From an uncultured bacterium (GTDB lineage Bacteria; Fermentibacterota; Fermentibacteria; Fermentibacterales; Fermentibacteraceae), in NCBI GenBank assembly GCA_964569245.1, contig CAZMTK010000002.1, forward strand, positions 25,952 through 89,951: 64,000 bases of DNA. Reading direction: 5' to 3'. Below are positions 63,083 to 64,000 of the stretch, piece by piece. A model generated the notes under the pieces. It saw only the letters and a program-made list of their open reading frames with translations. It had not been told where the DNA came from and did not search any database. Position 1 is the first letter of the stretch; every line of letters begins with the position of its first letter. The translations under genes and the position numbers were made by a program.

Positions 63083-63787
63083 CTAGTGCAGGCGAGTTCG
63101 GACGTCGTTGACGTCCAGGTGTACGCCTGGCCCCATCGTGGAAGACACGGCGACGGTGAGCAGATACCGCCCCTTCGCTGCGCTCGGCTTGAGCTGCATC
63201 ACCTTGTCCAGGAAGGCTACTGCGTTCTCCTCCAGAGCCTTCTGATCGAAGCTGGCCTTGCCTATAGGTGCGTTGATGTTGCCGGCCTTGTCGGTTCTGA
63301 AGGCGATCTTCCCACCCTTGGACTCCGCGACCGCAACGGCTACGTCGTTGGTCACCGTGCCCGTCTTCGGGTTGGGCATAAGCCCCCTCGGGCCTAGCAC
63401 CCTGCCTAGCTTGCCTACGACCTTCATCATGTCCGGCGTGGCGATGACGACGTCGAAGTCGGTCCATCCCTTGAGGATGTTCTCGGCCAGGTCGTCGTCG
63501 CCGACATGGTCGGCACCGGCCCTGCGGGCTTCCTCGGCCTTGTCTCCTCTGGCGAAGACCAGCACCCGCACTACCTTGCCTGTTCCGAAGGGCAGCACGC
63601 AGGTGCCCCTCACCGCCTGGTCGCTGAACTTGGGATCGATTCCCAGCTTCACCGCCATCTCGACGGTCTCGTCGAACTTCGCGGTGGCCAGCTTCTTCAC
63701 CAGGCCGATCCCCTCCTCCAGAGTGTATTTCGTCTGTGAATCGACCTGGGCCCTGGCTGTCGCGAACCTCCTGCTGGCGTGTGGCAT
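63083..63787 (-). CDS. rplA: 50S ribosomal protein L1
   Basis: AKFDETVE, LGPRGLMPNPKTGTVT, SSTMGPG. Confidence 0.99.
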   Translation of the reverse strand: MPHASRRFATARAQVDSQTKYTLEEGIGLVKKLATAKFDETVEMAVKLGIDPKFSDQAVRGTCVLPFGTGKVVRVLVFARGDKAEEARRAGADHVGDDDLAENILKGWTDFDVVIATPDMMKVVGKLGRVLGPRGLMPNPKTGTVTNDVAVAVAESKGGKIAFRTDKAGNINAPIGKASFDQKALEENAVAFLDKVMQLKPSAAKGRYLLTVAVSSTMGPGVHLDVNDVRTRLH

Positions 63788-63788
63788 G

Positions 63789-64000
63789 TCAGCCGCTCAC
63801 CTCCAGCCCCATGCTGCGGGCGGTGCCCCTCACCATCCTGACGGCCGCATCGAGGTCCGAAGCGTTCAGATCGGCCATCTTTATCCTTGCGATCTCCTGC
63901 ACCTGCTGCATGGTAACTGTTCCGACCTTCTGCCTGTTCGACTGGGGCGACCCCTTGGCCAGGCCGGCTGCTCTCTTGAGGAGCACGGCGGCCGGGGGCG
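63789..64000 (-). CDS. rplK: 50S ribosomal protein L11, C-terminal part (5' truncated by the window)
   Basis: [26 protein letters not shown]. Confidence 0.96.
   Translation of the reverse strand, partial: PPAAVLLKRAAGLAKGSPQSNRQKVGTVTMQQVQEIARIKMADLNASDLDAAVRMVRGTARSMGLEVSG

Overview
GC-rich (about two-thirds by eye) bacterial chromosomal window; no rRNA, tRNA, CRISPR array, integrase or transposase was recognised. The right half (35.7-64 kb, minus strand) is the core translation/transcription supercluster: rplK(partial)-rplA-rplJ-rplL-rpoB-rpoC-rpsL-rpsG-fusA, then S10, spc (with secY-adk-map-infA-rpmJ) and alpha operons, then pfkA. tuf and rpsD are missing from their usual positions. The left half holds housekeeping and envelope genes: hflX, carD, guaB, a PTS IIA-like gene, queA, tgt, an RlmD-like methylase, Wzi, DUF4097, mpg, PrsW, TamA/BamA-TamB, a ThiD-Nudix fusion and an ArnT-like glycosyltransferase. 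It also has two orphan histidine kinases and a 1253-aa sigma54 activator. The organism is a diderm (Omp85/TamB/Wzi). The C-terminal TWGAIK motif and gene style suggest an FCB-related candidate phylum such as Fermentibacterota; this is inference only. Best leads: (1) two ~125-128 bp elements with perfect, co-varying terminal inverted repeats, an apparent TA duplication in GTAC and unrelated cores; (2) a REP-like hairpin cluster; (3) a ~200-aa insertion in RpoC; (4) the ThiD-zinc-ribbon-Nudix fusion; (5) a membrane pseudokinase with tandem LytR_C-like domains; (6) a possible sigma54 module; (7) a divergent str-operon EF-G; (8) a structured rpsJ-rplC spacer. Domain names come from motif recognition by eye; no searches were run.
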